NCBI GenBank assembly: GCA_051362555.1
Contig: CM120644.1
Span: 8,192,954 to 8,256,953, forward strand
From: Lingula anatina
Taxonomy: Eukaryota > Animalia > Brachiopoda
DNA: 64,000 bases
Direction: 5' to 3'
In this document: piece after piece, positions 26,328-38,791 of the stretch
Layout: every line of letters starts with the position of its first letter
Position numbering within the stretch: position 1 is the first letter of the stretch
Translations under genes and position numbers: made by a program
Notes under the pieces: generated by a model
Databases searched by the model: none
Told to the model about the DNA's origin: nothing
The model's input: the letters and a program-made list of their open reading frames with translations, nothing else

Positions 26328-29300
26328 CGTAGTAGCGTCATGCAGTAGCTATTAGCCAGGGGACGGGGGCAGCTCAGCACTATTTCTTAAACCTGGCAGG
26401 GTAGCATGAGATCGTACTTGTAAAAGTGCACGTTCAGTAGATAAACTCACTAAGCAGCTATAGCAGTGAATTAACCGTCAGTACACGATGGCACAATCAG
26501 CAATCACTAAATTTTTGAAAGGTACTAGTACTAGCTCAACTCAAGATGGACGTCAGTTAGAAGTTGACCAGTCAAGTCATATACGTCAACCCAGTACCAA
26601 GCGAGGTAGGCCAAACACACCCGATAACAACAGCCTGACCTGTGACACACCAGATAACATTTTTTCAGATCCTCAATTTCTGACTTTCTTCAGCCAGTGT
26701 ACGAGCTAAGAATGAAAATCATGGTGATTGACTTTGAGCAGCATCTCCATGATTGCGAAGAATGTAAATAAGAATGGCGTTTGACGGGGCCATATCAACA
26801 ATGATAGTCCTCATCAGACCTGAAAACTGATCTGATGTTCATTAGCAATAAATGCTTGAGGAAATTGAAATGCTTAGTGTCGAAAATTAAAAAAAAAATG
26901 AGGGGCGAACTATATCAGGTATCGTTGATTGATAACCAGAACTCTCAGAAGGCTCCAAATAAGAGGCAATGTATTGAAAAGTGAACCATACAAAATAGAG
27001 CAGTGTATAGGTAGTTAAGTGGATTCAATGTCTAAAACACCAATAACCCTAGGTTGGGCGTTGATGCTACTGAAACTGTCCACACACACCCTCCCCCCAG
27101 GTCCCAAAGGTGTAAATGTGTGTCTATATTCCAGCCAACCATTGTAAGATTTAGATCCAAGTCTTTCAGAGACGCCTTAGTTGGAAACAGATCCCTTCTC
27201 AAGGGTATGGGATACAGGGTGTACGAAGACCAAAGTCAAATAAACAGAGTCCTATTGCAAAGGTTGGAGGAAATGGATCAATAACGAGCTGCTGGTCACT
27301 TAAAGGGAAAATACTCGGCAAAACGAAAAATGGTCTGACTCGGATCTTTCAAGTTACAGACAATTTTGTAATAACACTTATGGGAGAGAGAGGCGAGCCG
27401 TCCCTCTTGATATATTCTCAATGGGCAGGACATCTCTCAGCAGAGTAATACAGCCCCTTAACTCCATAAGTCGTACTAGTTTTATACAAAAACGTCTTCA
27501 GGAGGGATCTTGATTCGTAATAAAAGGAATGGGAAAAAGCCCTGTTTAAATTTCTAGGGACTCCAAGCCTTGCTCTTAAGGTTATACATGTAGTATGCAA
27601 TTGACGGCAAATGATTAACTACATATACTAGGGGTAACCCATGCTAGCTTATGTGATCACTACTTCTCCGTGAACTAAACACTGAATGAATTGAAAAAAG
27701 TTGTACAGCGTATGTGTGATCCGTTATTTTGAGTTATCATCCAATCAACTGATGTTATAATATTATAAGGTGTGTCCGAGATGGTCAATTTTCTTAAATT
27801 CTTATGCAGTTCCATAGGCTGGTTGTCTAGAGAACATGCATTTAACCTTATCAGTGGCCAGTTTGTACCTATTTTCATATACATTAATTGTCTATTTTTT
27901 ATATTAGTATGCAGTTTGCTAGTGTCGACCGATGATACGAGCTTGTGTGTTCTGCTGTTGCATATATATCAGCTCGAGTAAACATCGCCCTAATATATTT
28001 GAATGAGACGACATTATCATATAACATGACATACAGATAATATTTCTTTCTGCTTTATCAGTGTGCCAGGATATGACAACATGCATTTTTATGTAATTAT
28101 AGTTACTCCCCGTAGGCGAAAAATCCTTAGCACAATGCGGTGCGCCGTTGCGGTATTATTGAACACAGAGACGCTATATTTGCCGGTAGATCCATGAAGC
28201 ATACTGTCATTCATAAAGTTAGTAAGGCGTATACATTTATAGATTAGTTGATAATGTTAACTTTACGAGGGCCATTTATAGTAATTCAAGCATACCTACC
28301 TCTGGGCCTTTTTTAGCCGGATTTATGATAAAATATTTTCTTATACCCTGTGCGTCTTTGCATATTCACTACTTCGTCCAAAATGACCCCACGTGTGCTT
28401 CATAGCGTGACTGCGGAGAAGCCTAGCATACGGGAGTTGCTGTGGGGGGTTGGGGGGGGGGGGGCTGTCATGTGAATGGGGATTAGCCTGATCCATCGTG
28501 TGTGTGTGTGTTGGGGGGGGGGGGGGGTGGCTGTTATTTTTGTTTCAAACTGTTTTCCAAGAAAAAGAATCTTATTGGAAATTAACTTCCATAAAATCCT
28601 CCGCACTTTCCTTCTTTCCTATCTGCATTGCTCTTTTACCAGGCATAAAGCTGCTCGTAGGGGGCGTTTATCCGAACCCTGGACCCGTATCGATACTCGA
28701 GCGCGGCTTGAAAATATGGTTTTCTAATATAAGAAATCTGGATGCCTATAATTTCTCAAGACTAAAATCCCTATCCCTTTGTTTTAAACAGTTAATAATG
28801 AATATAATCGGCCTTTGTGAAGCGGGAAACATCTCTGGGCAAGAATTGACTAGCAAATTTGGTATCGAGGGTTACCACGAACTCGTTTATTCAAAGAAAG
28901 GACGTAGGTTAATGATTTACATAAGCACAACTATTTGTTTCAAAGGTCAAATATAAAAAAGTTAAAAAAGTCATAAAGAGGTTCTTAAAAATAATTTAGT
29001 GACTTTTCTGATTGTTTACACCTACATGTAGTTATAGCATCTAGATCTGACGGAATCATCGCATTTTAATATAGAAATGTGGGTTTTAATGTCCAGTAAA
29101 AAAGACTCATGGAGGAGTAAAAGGGTGGTCCTGGTTCTGATACATGTACATCCAAGGTACTAAGAGAACTGAAATGGACAACACTGAAAAACCGAAGGAT
29201 AATACATACAAAAAAGTGATGTACTCAATCCCTCATAATCTTGCTCTTTAGGAGTCCATCTGTTTTACAGTGTAGACAATCATCCTTTAGATACTGTATA

Positions 29301-30052
29301 ATTCCCACAAAATTAACTTATAAAGACGTGGAATACTTCCTTATGTCTTCACGAAACAGCTTCGACTTAGAACGGAAGAACGGCCTAAGTGTTGCAATAC
29401 TCAAGTATTCTCTTAAATCTGAACTTTTAGCTGGATCTCAATCTACTTCCACGTTAAAACTCTTTAGGACGCAAGAAAAACAGCTTAGTCGGGATCGAGT
29501 AGACCTGTAATTCAAATCTCAACTATATAAGCACAACTGGCTATCATTAAATGCCCCCAACTGTTCATGCGGAAAAGGTTGAAATACCGTAACTTTTATA
29601 AAGTACTTGTACACTCGGAGGTGACTAATAGACTTTAGAACACAGCAAGACAAGATTAACCTTTCACTTCATGGCCACAGAACATTAACTTCAAGTCAGA
29701 ATGACAGAAATTTCGAGACTGTGGCAACGTTCCTCATCAACAATGTAAATTCAGACATTTAACTATAGCCACTCGACTGCCCTCCGGTTGATCCCTGCCT
29801 ACCCCTTCCCAGAACTGTCCTCCAATTCGCCAGACCCTCCAACCTCCCCTGTAATGTACTAATTACAGCAATTATCATTATAAAACATTTTTTCCTTTTC
29901 TCCTTCATCATTAGATAAATGTTAGATAACAGGTTATATATTTGGGTTATTTAAAGATGAGAATAGAACACTTAAATCGGTTTGCCATCTTTATATGTAA
30001 ATATAATTAGATTATTTTTATTAACCAATAAGTATGTTGAAAGAATTAAGGT
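26328..30052 (+). mobile_element. Decayed CR1/L2-group non-LTR retrotransposon in intron 1 of paralogue B
   Basis: ORF1-like PTIVRFRSKSFRDAL...LKGMGYRVYEDQS (about 27130-27280). 2A-like LLVGGVYPNPGP followed by APE start LKIWFSNIRNL...IIGLCE (28651-28830). C-terminal SNLNY...PNCSCG (about 29510-29575). It interrupts GATAAAGCA|CAATACGT, which is contiguous in A at about 11211-11228. Confidence 0.75.
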
Positions 30053-31318
30053 CAATACGTGTTGTGATATCACGGTTAAACCAACCAAATAAGCCTTTAA
30101 ATTGAAATGCTTTTTTTTTCTTGAAATACATTTCTTCATAACCGTCTGGGATCCGTAGGTGGGTCAAAAGTAATTATTTGATATTTTTCTAATAATAAAA
30201 TAATAATATACACATCTAATGGTGATGACTATTCCAATTAAACATTTTTAGACACCATTCTATTTTTATCTCAACAACTATGATCCCACTCCTCCTCGGT
30301 CTATAGATAAGATAAGATAATATTTAACTAAACCAATAAATAACAAATGAATAAAATCCGGAATCATTTGCCCTGTAATAGCGCCATTGTTGAATAAAAC
30401 TATTTAAATGTACTAAAATGAAATTGCGTTTAAATGTTTAAAAGAGTTACTGCTGAAGGATAAAAGCTAGATAAAAATCGCTTACTGTACCCTTAAAAAC
30501 TAAAAGCCAAGAGTTACTGGGTAAAAATATGAAAAGGTTTTGAGCTGGATGAGTAATATCAGTCATGATGGGAGCTGTTTTATTAAAAACACTATCGAGA
30601 TAAATGGAGTGAATGGGATAAGATCCTTTGCAATTACATTACCTGCAGTTTCAACAATCTTTTCTAGTTGGGGTTTATCCTCTACAGTTGCACGTCCATA
30701 TAAAAGTTACTGCATAAGTTAAAACACTTTCTAAAACACACCTATAAAAGTTTGTTAAAATAGATACATCCCTGGTAAAAGCTTTCAATTTCCTTAAAAA
30801 GTACATTCGCTGTCTGCCAATTTAATACCCGTGTTGTATTCTGTTGAAACGATTCGTCTATAACGACTTCATTCTAAACGTTCTATGAAGGAGAATTTTT
30901 ATTTTGCACTGGGACAAAAGTTTTAGAGTGGGGAATCGACTCTTATAATACATCGTTTTGTAGTATATGCCGTCTGATATTAAAGTATATGAGATTAAAA
31001 AGTATGAGGTCGATACCTATTTGTTTCACTTTTAAAACAACCTAACGTTAAGCTTATAAATGTTAATTTCAAACAATTTTATCAAAATGCACTGCAGAGC
31101 AACTTTTCAAGAAAAAAGAAAAAAAAGAGAGAAGAAAAGTATCACTGTTTCACTTTTGTCTTCTAGCAGGTGCTTTAAGTTATTATTAAGAGAAAACAAA
31201 CAATTAAAGCAAAAAATAAAACTGACAGACATAAATAAATGGATATATAAATAAAATAGATATACTTATTAATCGATACCAAACTATAAATGAAAACATA
31301 TGAAGCCATTTCACTCAC

Positions 31319-31390
31319 CTGCTCCAAACTAACTCTTCTTACTTCCAAGGTCTGAGTGACAAAAGCTCTCCAGCACGTGTATTATATATA
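31319..31390 (-). promoter_or_regulatory. TATA box and non-coding exon 1 of paralogue B
   Basis: TATATATAAT at 31390-31381; donor CAG|GTGAGT at 31319/31318; alignable with 12590-12664. Confidence 0.62.
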
Positions 31391-31789
31391 TGCATGCGCA
31401 CATCGAAAAAGTAATTGTAATAATACATTACACCCTCGAAATCGGTGATGTGAAATCTTTGTTAAAAAATCCAAGTAAGCATTTTAATTTAATCTTGAAG
31501 CATTTTTCTTCTTAAAAATACATTAGAAAAAAATTTTTTTCATAGCTGTAGGAAGAGGCGAAACTAATTACTTTAATATTCTTCTATGAAAAACCCACCC
31601 TATAGGCTATTTAGAATTATAAAAGGTTTTTCTTACGTCGCCATGAATAGCTCATATTCAATACTACACAACGAAAATTTTGCGCCAACGATTTTATTGC
31701 GAATGAAGAGGTTTGATGATATTGTCATTCCTTTTCTTTGTTACACGAGTTTTGTGTGCATTTTGTGTGCATGAATTGAATGATAAGAC

Positions 31790-32030
31790 ATTATCATAAA
31801 CGCCCATCTGACGCTTGCATTCAAACTGACTTATAAAAATGATCCTTTGAGGTCTATATGTTTGCTGAATAATTTGTTTTACGCATTTTCGATTTACAGT
31901 TAACGTCTTTTTCTTTCTTGAAACAAGTGAGGGAAAACTATATTACCTGATAAACCACAGGGCACGTAGGTAAAGAGGAAAACAACTATTTTTTAAAATA
32001 TTTTTCTAAGATTCATACATGATTACACAA

Positions 32031-32069
<39 letters not shown>

Positions 32070-34903
32070 ACGAACAAACAAATAAATATCATGATTAAAA
32101 CCTAAAGAGCCTGAAAGAAGACAAAATTAAAACGTAACTGGGATATTTTTGCTTTTAAAATTGTTCGACATTGCATTTTCATATATGAAAGTTCATTCAA
32201 AGAAGGCCACAGAAATGTAAATTGTTATTACGGGGACCCTGGATAAAACACATTAAGTGATGGGATATTATTGTGAAAACATCTAAATAAGCATTGAAAC
32301 TCTTTCTTGAAATACATACGAGAAAACTCAATTTCTTTGAATTAAATTTATTTATATCCAGCTGAATTCTTCTAATATTCCCTTGTATATATATATATTG
32401 CTTAAATCACTGGACAGTGCAAACATGAAGAGATATGTTTTTATTCAGGGAAGCCATACAACTACATATTGTTATGACGGGTTTCACTGATTAAACAGTC
32501 AGTTATGTGATAACACTGTGGAAACATTCAAATAAGCATTTAAACTTGAAACGTTTTATTAAATACATACAAAACTCTCTTTCTTCATAACCGTCTTAAA
32601 AGTCAGTGATGTGATAGCACCGTGAAAAGTCCAAATAAGCATTTAAACTTGAAACATTTTTAAATACATATGAGAAAACTCTTTTTCTTCATAACCGTCT
32701 TAGGATACGTAGGTAGAGGAGAAATTAATAACTTTAATATTTTTCTATGAAAAGCCTACACTATAGGTTATTTAGTATAATTATAAAAATGTTTTTTCAC
32801 GTTTACCATGAATAGCCTACCGTGTATATTCAAAACTACACAACGTTTGAAATATTTGCGCCAACGCTTTTATTGTGAATAAAGGGATTTGATGATTTGA
32901 TGATTCCTTTTCTTTGCTACACGCTTTTGGTGTTTTTTGAATTCAAGTCTGAATCGTGATATTTTGTGTAAATTAATTAAATAATACGTCACGATCATAG
33001 ACGCCCACCAGACGCTTGTATTCAAACTGATTTTGTTTTTTGAATCTGAATCGTGATATTTTGTATGTATTAATTAAATAATAAGTCACGATCATAAACG
33101 CCCACCAGCCACTTGTATTCAAACTGACTTTGTTTTAAATTCATGTCTGAATCGTGATATTTTGTGTGTATTAATTAAATAATAAGTCACGATCATAAAC
33201 GCCCAGCAGACGCTTGTATTCAAACTGACTTTGTTTTTTAATTCATGTCTGAATCGTGATATTTTGTGTGTATTAATTAAATAATAAGTCACGATCATAA
33301 TTTAAACACCCACCTGACGCTTGCATTCAAACTGGCCATGAAACATCATACTTTTAGGCCTGTATGTTTCTGCATAACTTGTTTTACGCATTTTCGATTT
33401 CACTTGACGTGTTTTTTTCTTGAAACACATGAGAGGAAACTTTATTACTTGTTAACCGCAGGACATGTAGGTAGAGAGGAAACTAATTATTTTCATAATT
33501 TTCTTAGATTCATACATGCTTACAAAAAATAAATAAATAAATGAACAAACAAGCAAATAAATAAATATAATGATTAAAACTTAAAGAGCCTAAAATAAAA
33601 CAAAATTGAAAGGTAACTGGGATGTTTTTGCTTTTGAAATTGTTCGACACTGCATCTTCATATATCAAAGAGTATTCAAATTCAGCTAAATACTTTCAAT
33701 ATTCCTTTGTTTGTTTATAACTCAAAGGACTGTGCAAATATGAATCGATATCTTTCTATTCAAAGAAGGCCACAGTAATGTAAATTGTTATTACGGGAAC
33801 CCTGGATAAAACACATTGAGTGAAGTGATATTATTGTGGAAACATCTAAATAAGCATATAAAATTGAAACCTGTTCTTGAAATACAAAAGAGAAAACTTA
33901 ATTTCTTCGAATTAATTTTATTCATATCCAGCTGAATTCTATTAATATTCCATTGTACTGCTTAAATCACTGGACAGTGCAAACATGAAGAGATATGTTT
34001 TTATTCAGGGAAGGTATACAACTACATATTGTTATGACGGGTTCTCTTGATTAAACAGTCAGTGATGTGATAGCACTGTGAAAACATTCAATAAGCATTT
34101 AAATTTGGAACGTGTTATTAAATACATACGAGAAAACTCACTTTCTTCATAACCGTCTTAACAGTTAGTGATGTGATAGCACCGTGAAAAGTCCAAATAA
34201 GCATTTAAACTTGAAACATTTTTAAATACAAAAGAGAAAACTCTTTTTCTTCATAACAGACTAAGGATACATAGGTAGAGGCGAAATTAATTACATAAGT
34301 ATTTTTCCACGAAAAATCCACACTACAGATTATTTAGTGTGATAATAAAAGATATTTTCTCACGTTAAACATGAATAGCTCATATTAAAAAATATACAAC
34401 GTTTGAAATGTTTCCGCCAACGCTTTTATTGGGCATGACGGGATTTGATGACTTCAACCTTCCCTTTCTTTGTTACACACTTTAAATGTTTTTTTTAATT
34501 TAGGACTGAATCGCGATATATGTGTGTTTTAATTAAATAATAAGACACGATCATAAACGCCCACCTGACGCTAGTATTCAAACTGACTTTTTTTTTTAAT
34601 TCAAGACTGAATCGTGATATTTTGTGTGTATAAATTGAATAATGAGACATGATCATAAACTCCCACCTGACGCTTGTATTCAAACCGACTTTGATAAATG
34701 ATCTATTGAAGCATATACGTTTCTGCGTAATTTGTTTTACGCATTTTCGATTTACACTCGACGTGTTTTTTTTTCTTGTTTTTTTTTTCTTGAAACACGT
34801 GAGAGGAATCTCTATTACCTGATAAACGTCTAAGAACACGTAGGTAGAGAGGAAACTAATTATTTTAAAAAAATCTAAGATTCATGCATAATTTCAAAAA
34901 AAA

Positions 34904-34954
<51 letters not shown>

Positions 34955-35080
34955 ATATCATGATGATAACTGAGCCTGACAGAAGACAAAAGTGAAACGT
35001 AACTGGGATGGTTTTGCTTTTTAAAATTGTTCGACACTGTGTTTTCACATATCAAAAATATTTAGATTCAGCTAAATACT
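31790..35080. repeat. About 1.35-1.5 kb tandem duplication (2 full + 1 partial unit) containing a ~100-bp minisatellite and (AAAT)n
   Basis: TTGTTTTACGCATTTTCGATTT at 31874, 33379 and 34732; TCTGAATCGTGAT at 32948, 33045, 33146 and 33248. Confidence 0.85.
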
Positions 35081-35085
35081 TAAAA

Positions 35086-35740
35086 ATAATTAGTTTCTCT
35101 CTACCTACATGTCCTGCGGTTTATCAAGTAATATAGTTTCCTCTCATGTGTTTCAAGAAAAAAAAAACACGTCAAGTGTAAAACGAAAATGCGTAAAACA
35201 AATTATGCAGAAACATATAGGCCTCAAAGTATGTTGTTTCAAAGCCTGTTTGAACGCAAGCGTCTGGTGGGCGTTGATGATCGTGACTTATTATTTAATT
35301 AATACACACATAATATCACGATTCAGACTTGAATTCATAAAACAAAATCAGCTTGAATACAAGCGCCTGGTGGGCGTTTATGATCGTGACTTATTATTTA
35401 ATTAATACACACAAAATATCACGATTCAGTCCTGAATTCAAAAAACACCAAAAGCGTGTAACAAAGAAAAGGTATGTTCAAATTATCAAATCCCTTTATT
35501 CGCAATAAAAGCGTTGGTGCAAATATTTCAAACGTTGTGTAGTTTTTAAATATGAGCTATTCATGGTAAACGTGAAAAACATTTTTACATTTTAAATAAC
35601 CTATAGTGTGGGTTTTTCATAGAAAAACATTAAAGTAATTAGTTTCGTCTCTACCTACGTATCCTTAGATGGTTATGAAGAAAGAGAGTTTTCTCTCGTG
35701 TATTTAAAAATGTTTCAAGTATAAATGCTTATTTGGACTT
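35086..35740 (-). repeat. Inverted copy of part of the adjacent tandem unit
   Basis: 35086-35160 is the reverse complement of about 33420-33492; it ends in the reverse complement of AAAAGTCCAAATAAGCATTT (32626, 34188). Confidence 0.85.
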
Positions 35741-36009
35741 TTATTTTAGACATGTAAACTGATATGTCAGGGACCCTGGATAAAACACAATGAGTTATGT
35801 GATATAACCGTAAAAACATCTAAATGGGTATTTAAAATTAAAACTTTCCAATGAATGAAATTAAACCTCTGTTGACATCAGGCTTACTTTCCATGTTGCA
35901 TGTACCCATGTAACTTGCACATTACTAAGACGGATAACATGAAGAAAACAAATTAGTGACGTGATAACCCGATTAAAACAACCAAATCATCATTTTAACT
36001 TGTTTTCAT

Positions 36010-36069
<60 letters not shown>

Positions 36070-36323
36070 AGAGCTTTTTTTGTTTATGCAGTGACTTGAT
36101 GATATCCATGAACATTCTTTTCCTTTGTTTCACGTGTTTTGTACTTATTGAGCACAAGATCCCTCGACCGTGGCAGTATTTTAAGCCTGACGCATGTATT
36201 CCATACGGATTAAAACACTGGCTTCTTAGGTTGTATTCTTTTGAAAAAAATTAGAAAAAAAATCCGGTTTCATTTTTTGCCTTCTAGGTTATATGTATTC
36301 CGTGGCAGTTTAAGCCTTATATA

Positions 36324-37985
36324 CAGACTTGACATTTAATATGGAATATTTCAGTTTCGAAGGTATACCTAGGTAAAAATATGTTCTTTTTTCAAAAAAC
36401 TCCGATCTCATATCAGATTTGTGAATGTAAAAGTGTGTAGTCAGGTGTGTCACTACCAATTAACTGACTTTCATGTCTGTTGTGCTGCTACATTATGTAA
36501 TTTGCAGTGATTTAATTGGGTAGTGTTCCTTTGGGCTGATCAAAGCTTGGCTTAGGCAAAGCTTGGTTCTGTCAAAAAAGTATCCATATTTCGGCAACCA
36601 TTGCATAGAAGAATTTGAAATTTTGCATGCAAGCGGTCAGTTTTGCAGTGCGTAAGATGAGTCAAGTATTGCATTACAAATTTGTTAATCTAAGGCAGAA
36701 TGGCGCGAAAAAGACAGGCATAACAAGACAGATCATAGCGCCAAATGGAACGGTCCCCACAGTTTAATAGAGTAATGCCCAGACTGATGTACCTACACAG
36801 AGGTCACCCCCAATTTATCAAAATCTTACCTACATGGTACAGGACCCACTGTCTTTCGGGATACGCTGCTGCAACTAAACAAAAAACACTTAGTCCGTTC
36901 AGAACGAGGGGTAAATTGCCAATAAAATGCGTTTTTCAAAGCCCTTAGCGAACACCAAACTGGTTTTAGCAGGTAAGAACACCAAACGACCTCCGAGGCA
37001 CCCACTGTATACAGCAAAGCATCGTCGTCTGTTTCTCTAATGAATTGGGGGCCATGACCGTTTCTGGGTAGAACACTGAAACTGCGTGGCTTTCTTTATT
37101 GAGGTCAGATTTCACCTGTACCGCCCAATTAGTCAAAACAGAGTTTACAGATATCCAGAAGAGGCCTACGACGAAGCATATGCCGGGTCTAAAGTGACAA
37201 GGGCAATTGACAGCATCAGTATTTGGAGTAGATACCACATTGGTACCAAAACACCAATGGTAGTCATAGACGAAAACCTGAACCAGATCAAATTAAGGAA
37301 TAATGTCGGAACCACTTGACTATCTTTTGATAGGGGGCACCTTAGGAACAATTCTAGGTTGCACGATGAGGTTGCAGATTCACATAGAGCTCTTTTAATA
37401 GCAGATAACTTACAGAACCAAGGGAATGAGCAGCTACCCTGGTCATCAAAATCGCCACATTTGAAGCACATAGACAATATTTCGGTAGACCATTACTCGC
37501 CAATCAACTGCCTACATGTCCTACAACAAAACTGGACCAGATTGGACAATTTTAGACCGATGCCTGGAATGCTATTCCAGATTGAACTCTAAAAACCTAT
37601 CCCCAAGGAATGCCTTGACGCTTAAGAGCGCTGGCAACAGCAACGAAGAGGCCAGGCGTAACAGCGACCATTACTGTGACTAGCAACTGACATGAGGGTC
37701 TTTTGTGGAGCGTATTACCCTTTTACAGACGATAATTTGAAAAATATGGAGATCCAAAATATCTCTTTTAATGGAAGTCGTATGACATAGAATAGGCAAT
37801 GTGTTTTTGTTTGCTTCTCTGACGAATTCCATTAATGAACTGGTGTCACAATGACATCAAAGAGATAATTTAAAGTTATTAAAACACGATTTTAATCCTT
37901 ATTTTCATTTATCAGTCAGCAAAATGGGAAAAAACTGATAAAAAATTATTTCGAAAAAAATATTCCATATTAAATGTCAAGTCTG
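36324..37985 (+). mobile_element. Decayed Tc1/mariner (Tc1-like) transposon
   Basis: TA flanks; TIR CAGACTTGACATTTAATATGGAATATTT at both ends. Frameshifted transposase remnants: MPRL, VVCFSNE, RVYRYPEE, KTPMVVIDENLN, LPWSSKSPHLKHIDNI (cf. WPxxSPDLNPIE). Confidence 0.9.
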
Positions 37986-38791
37986 TATTAGGGTGGTAGA
38001 GATACATCTCCTTTTATTTGTCATAACCACTCGAAGTATTGATAAAACATTCCCAAATGACAGGAAACACCTGTATTATAACCACAATGTAAAGGGATAT
38101 TTTGTTATACAAACATTATAAACTATGCATTTTTTTCATCCAAGAAACATCTCAAGCAGCCACATGCATTGCAGCTCCTCCTTTTTTCTCGTATAGATAT
38201 TTGTAGCCAAATACAGCTTCTGGGTAATTAGTAACCCGATTGTTTGAAAAATACATGTTTTACAACACAGAGGTTTTTTGTATTTTACCATGATTACAGA
38301 TATAATTATGGATCAAGACACCAGTGCTCCCTACAGCTTATAGTAACATCCGGGGTTCAGCTGCACAGTACTCCATATATGACTTACTTTACGAAACCCA
38401 AAATGAAAACAAAAGACTTAAAAACGGTCTAAGTGATTTTTATTTTCCCAACGGGTCATTTGAATAGGGTATACCTTGGTGATTTTGGTAAATTAGACGA
38501 AGTTTCCTGGAAAACCATTGTTCAAATAGATATGTAAATGTCTAGTACGCTGTTTGTCTTTCATACCAAGGAAAACATAAATACGCGTCAGTGTTCATAG
38601 GGGCCTGCGTGTCCGACACAGTTCATGTTTGTATTGCCGAATATATTGCTATGCAAAAGTTAAATTATGCGGTAATTCTGTTATGTAGAATTTTATGTAA
38701 AAACATATGTAGTCGTGCCGACGTGCACACATGTACGCGTACACACATGTGCAATTATTAATCAAAGCAGAGAAAAGTTGTAATTCATTTA

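Noticed and set aside
32940-33340. ~100-bp repeats as CRISPR or an ncRNA array
   Set aside because: Whole units are similar with no unique spacers; an ordinary minisatellite.
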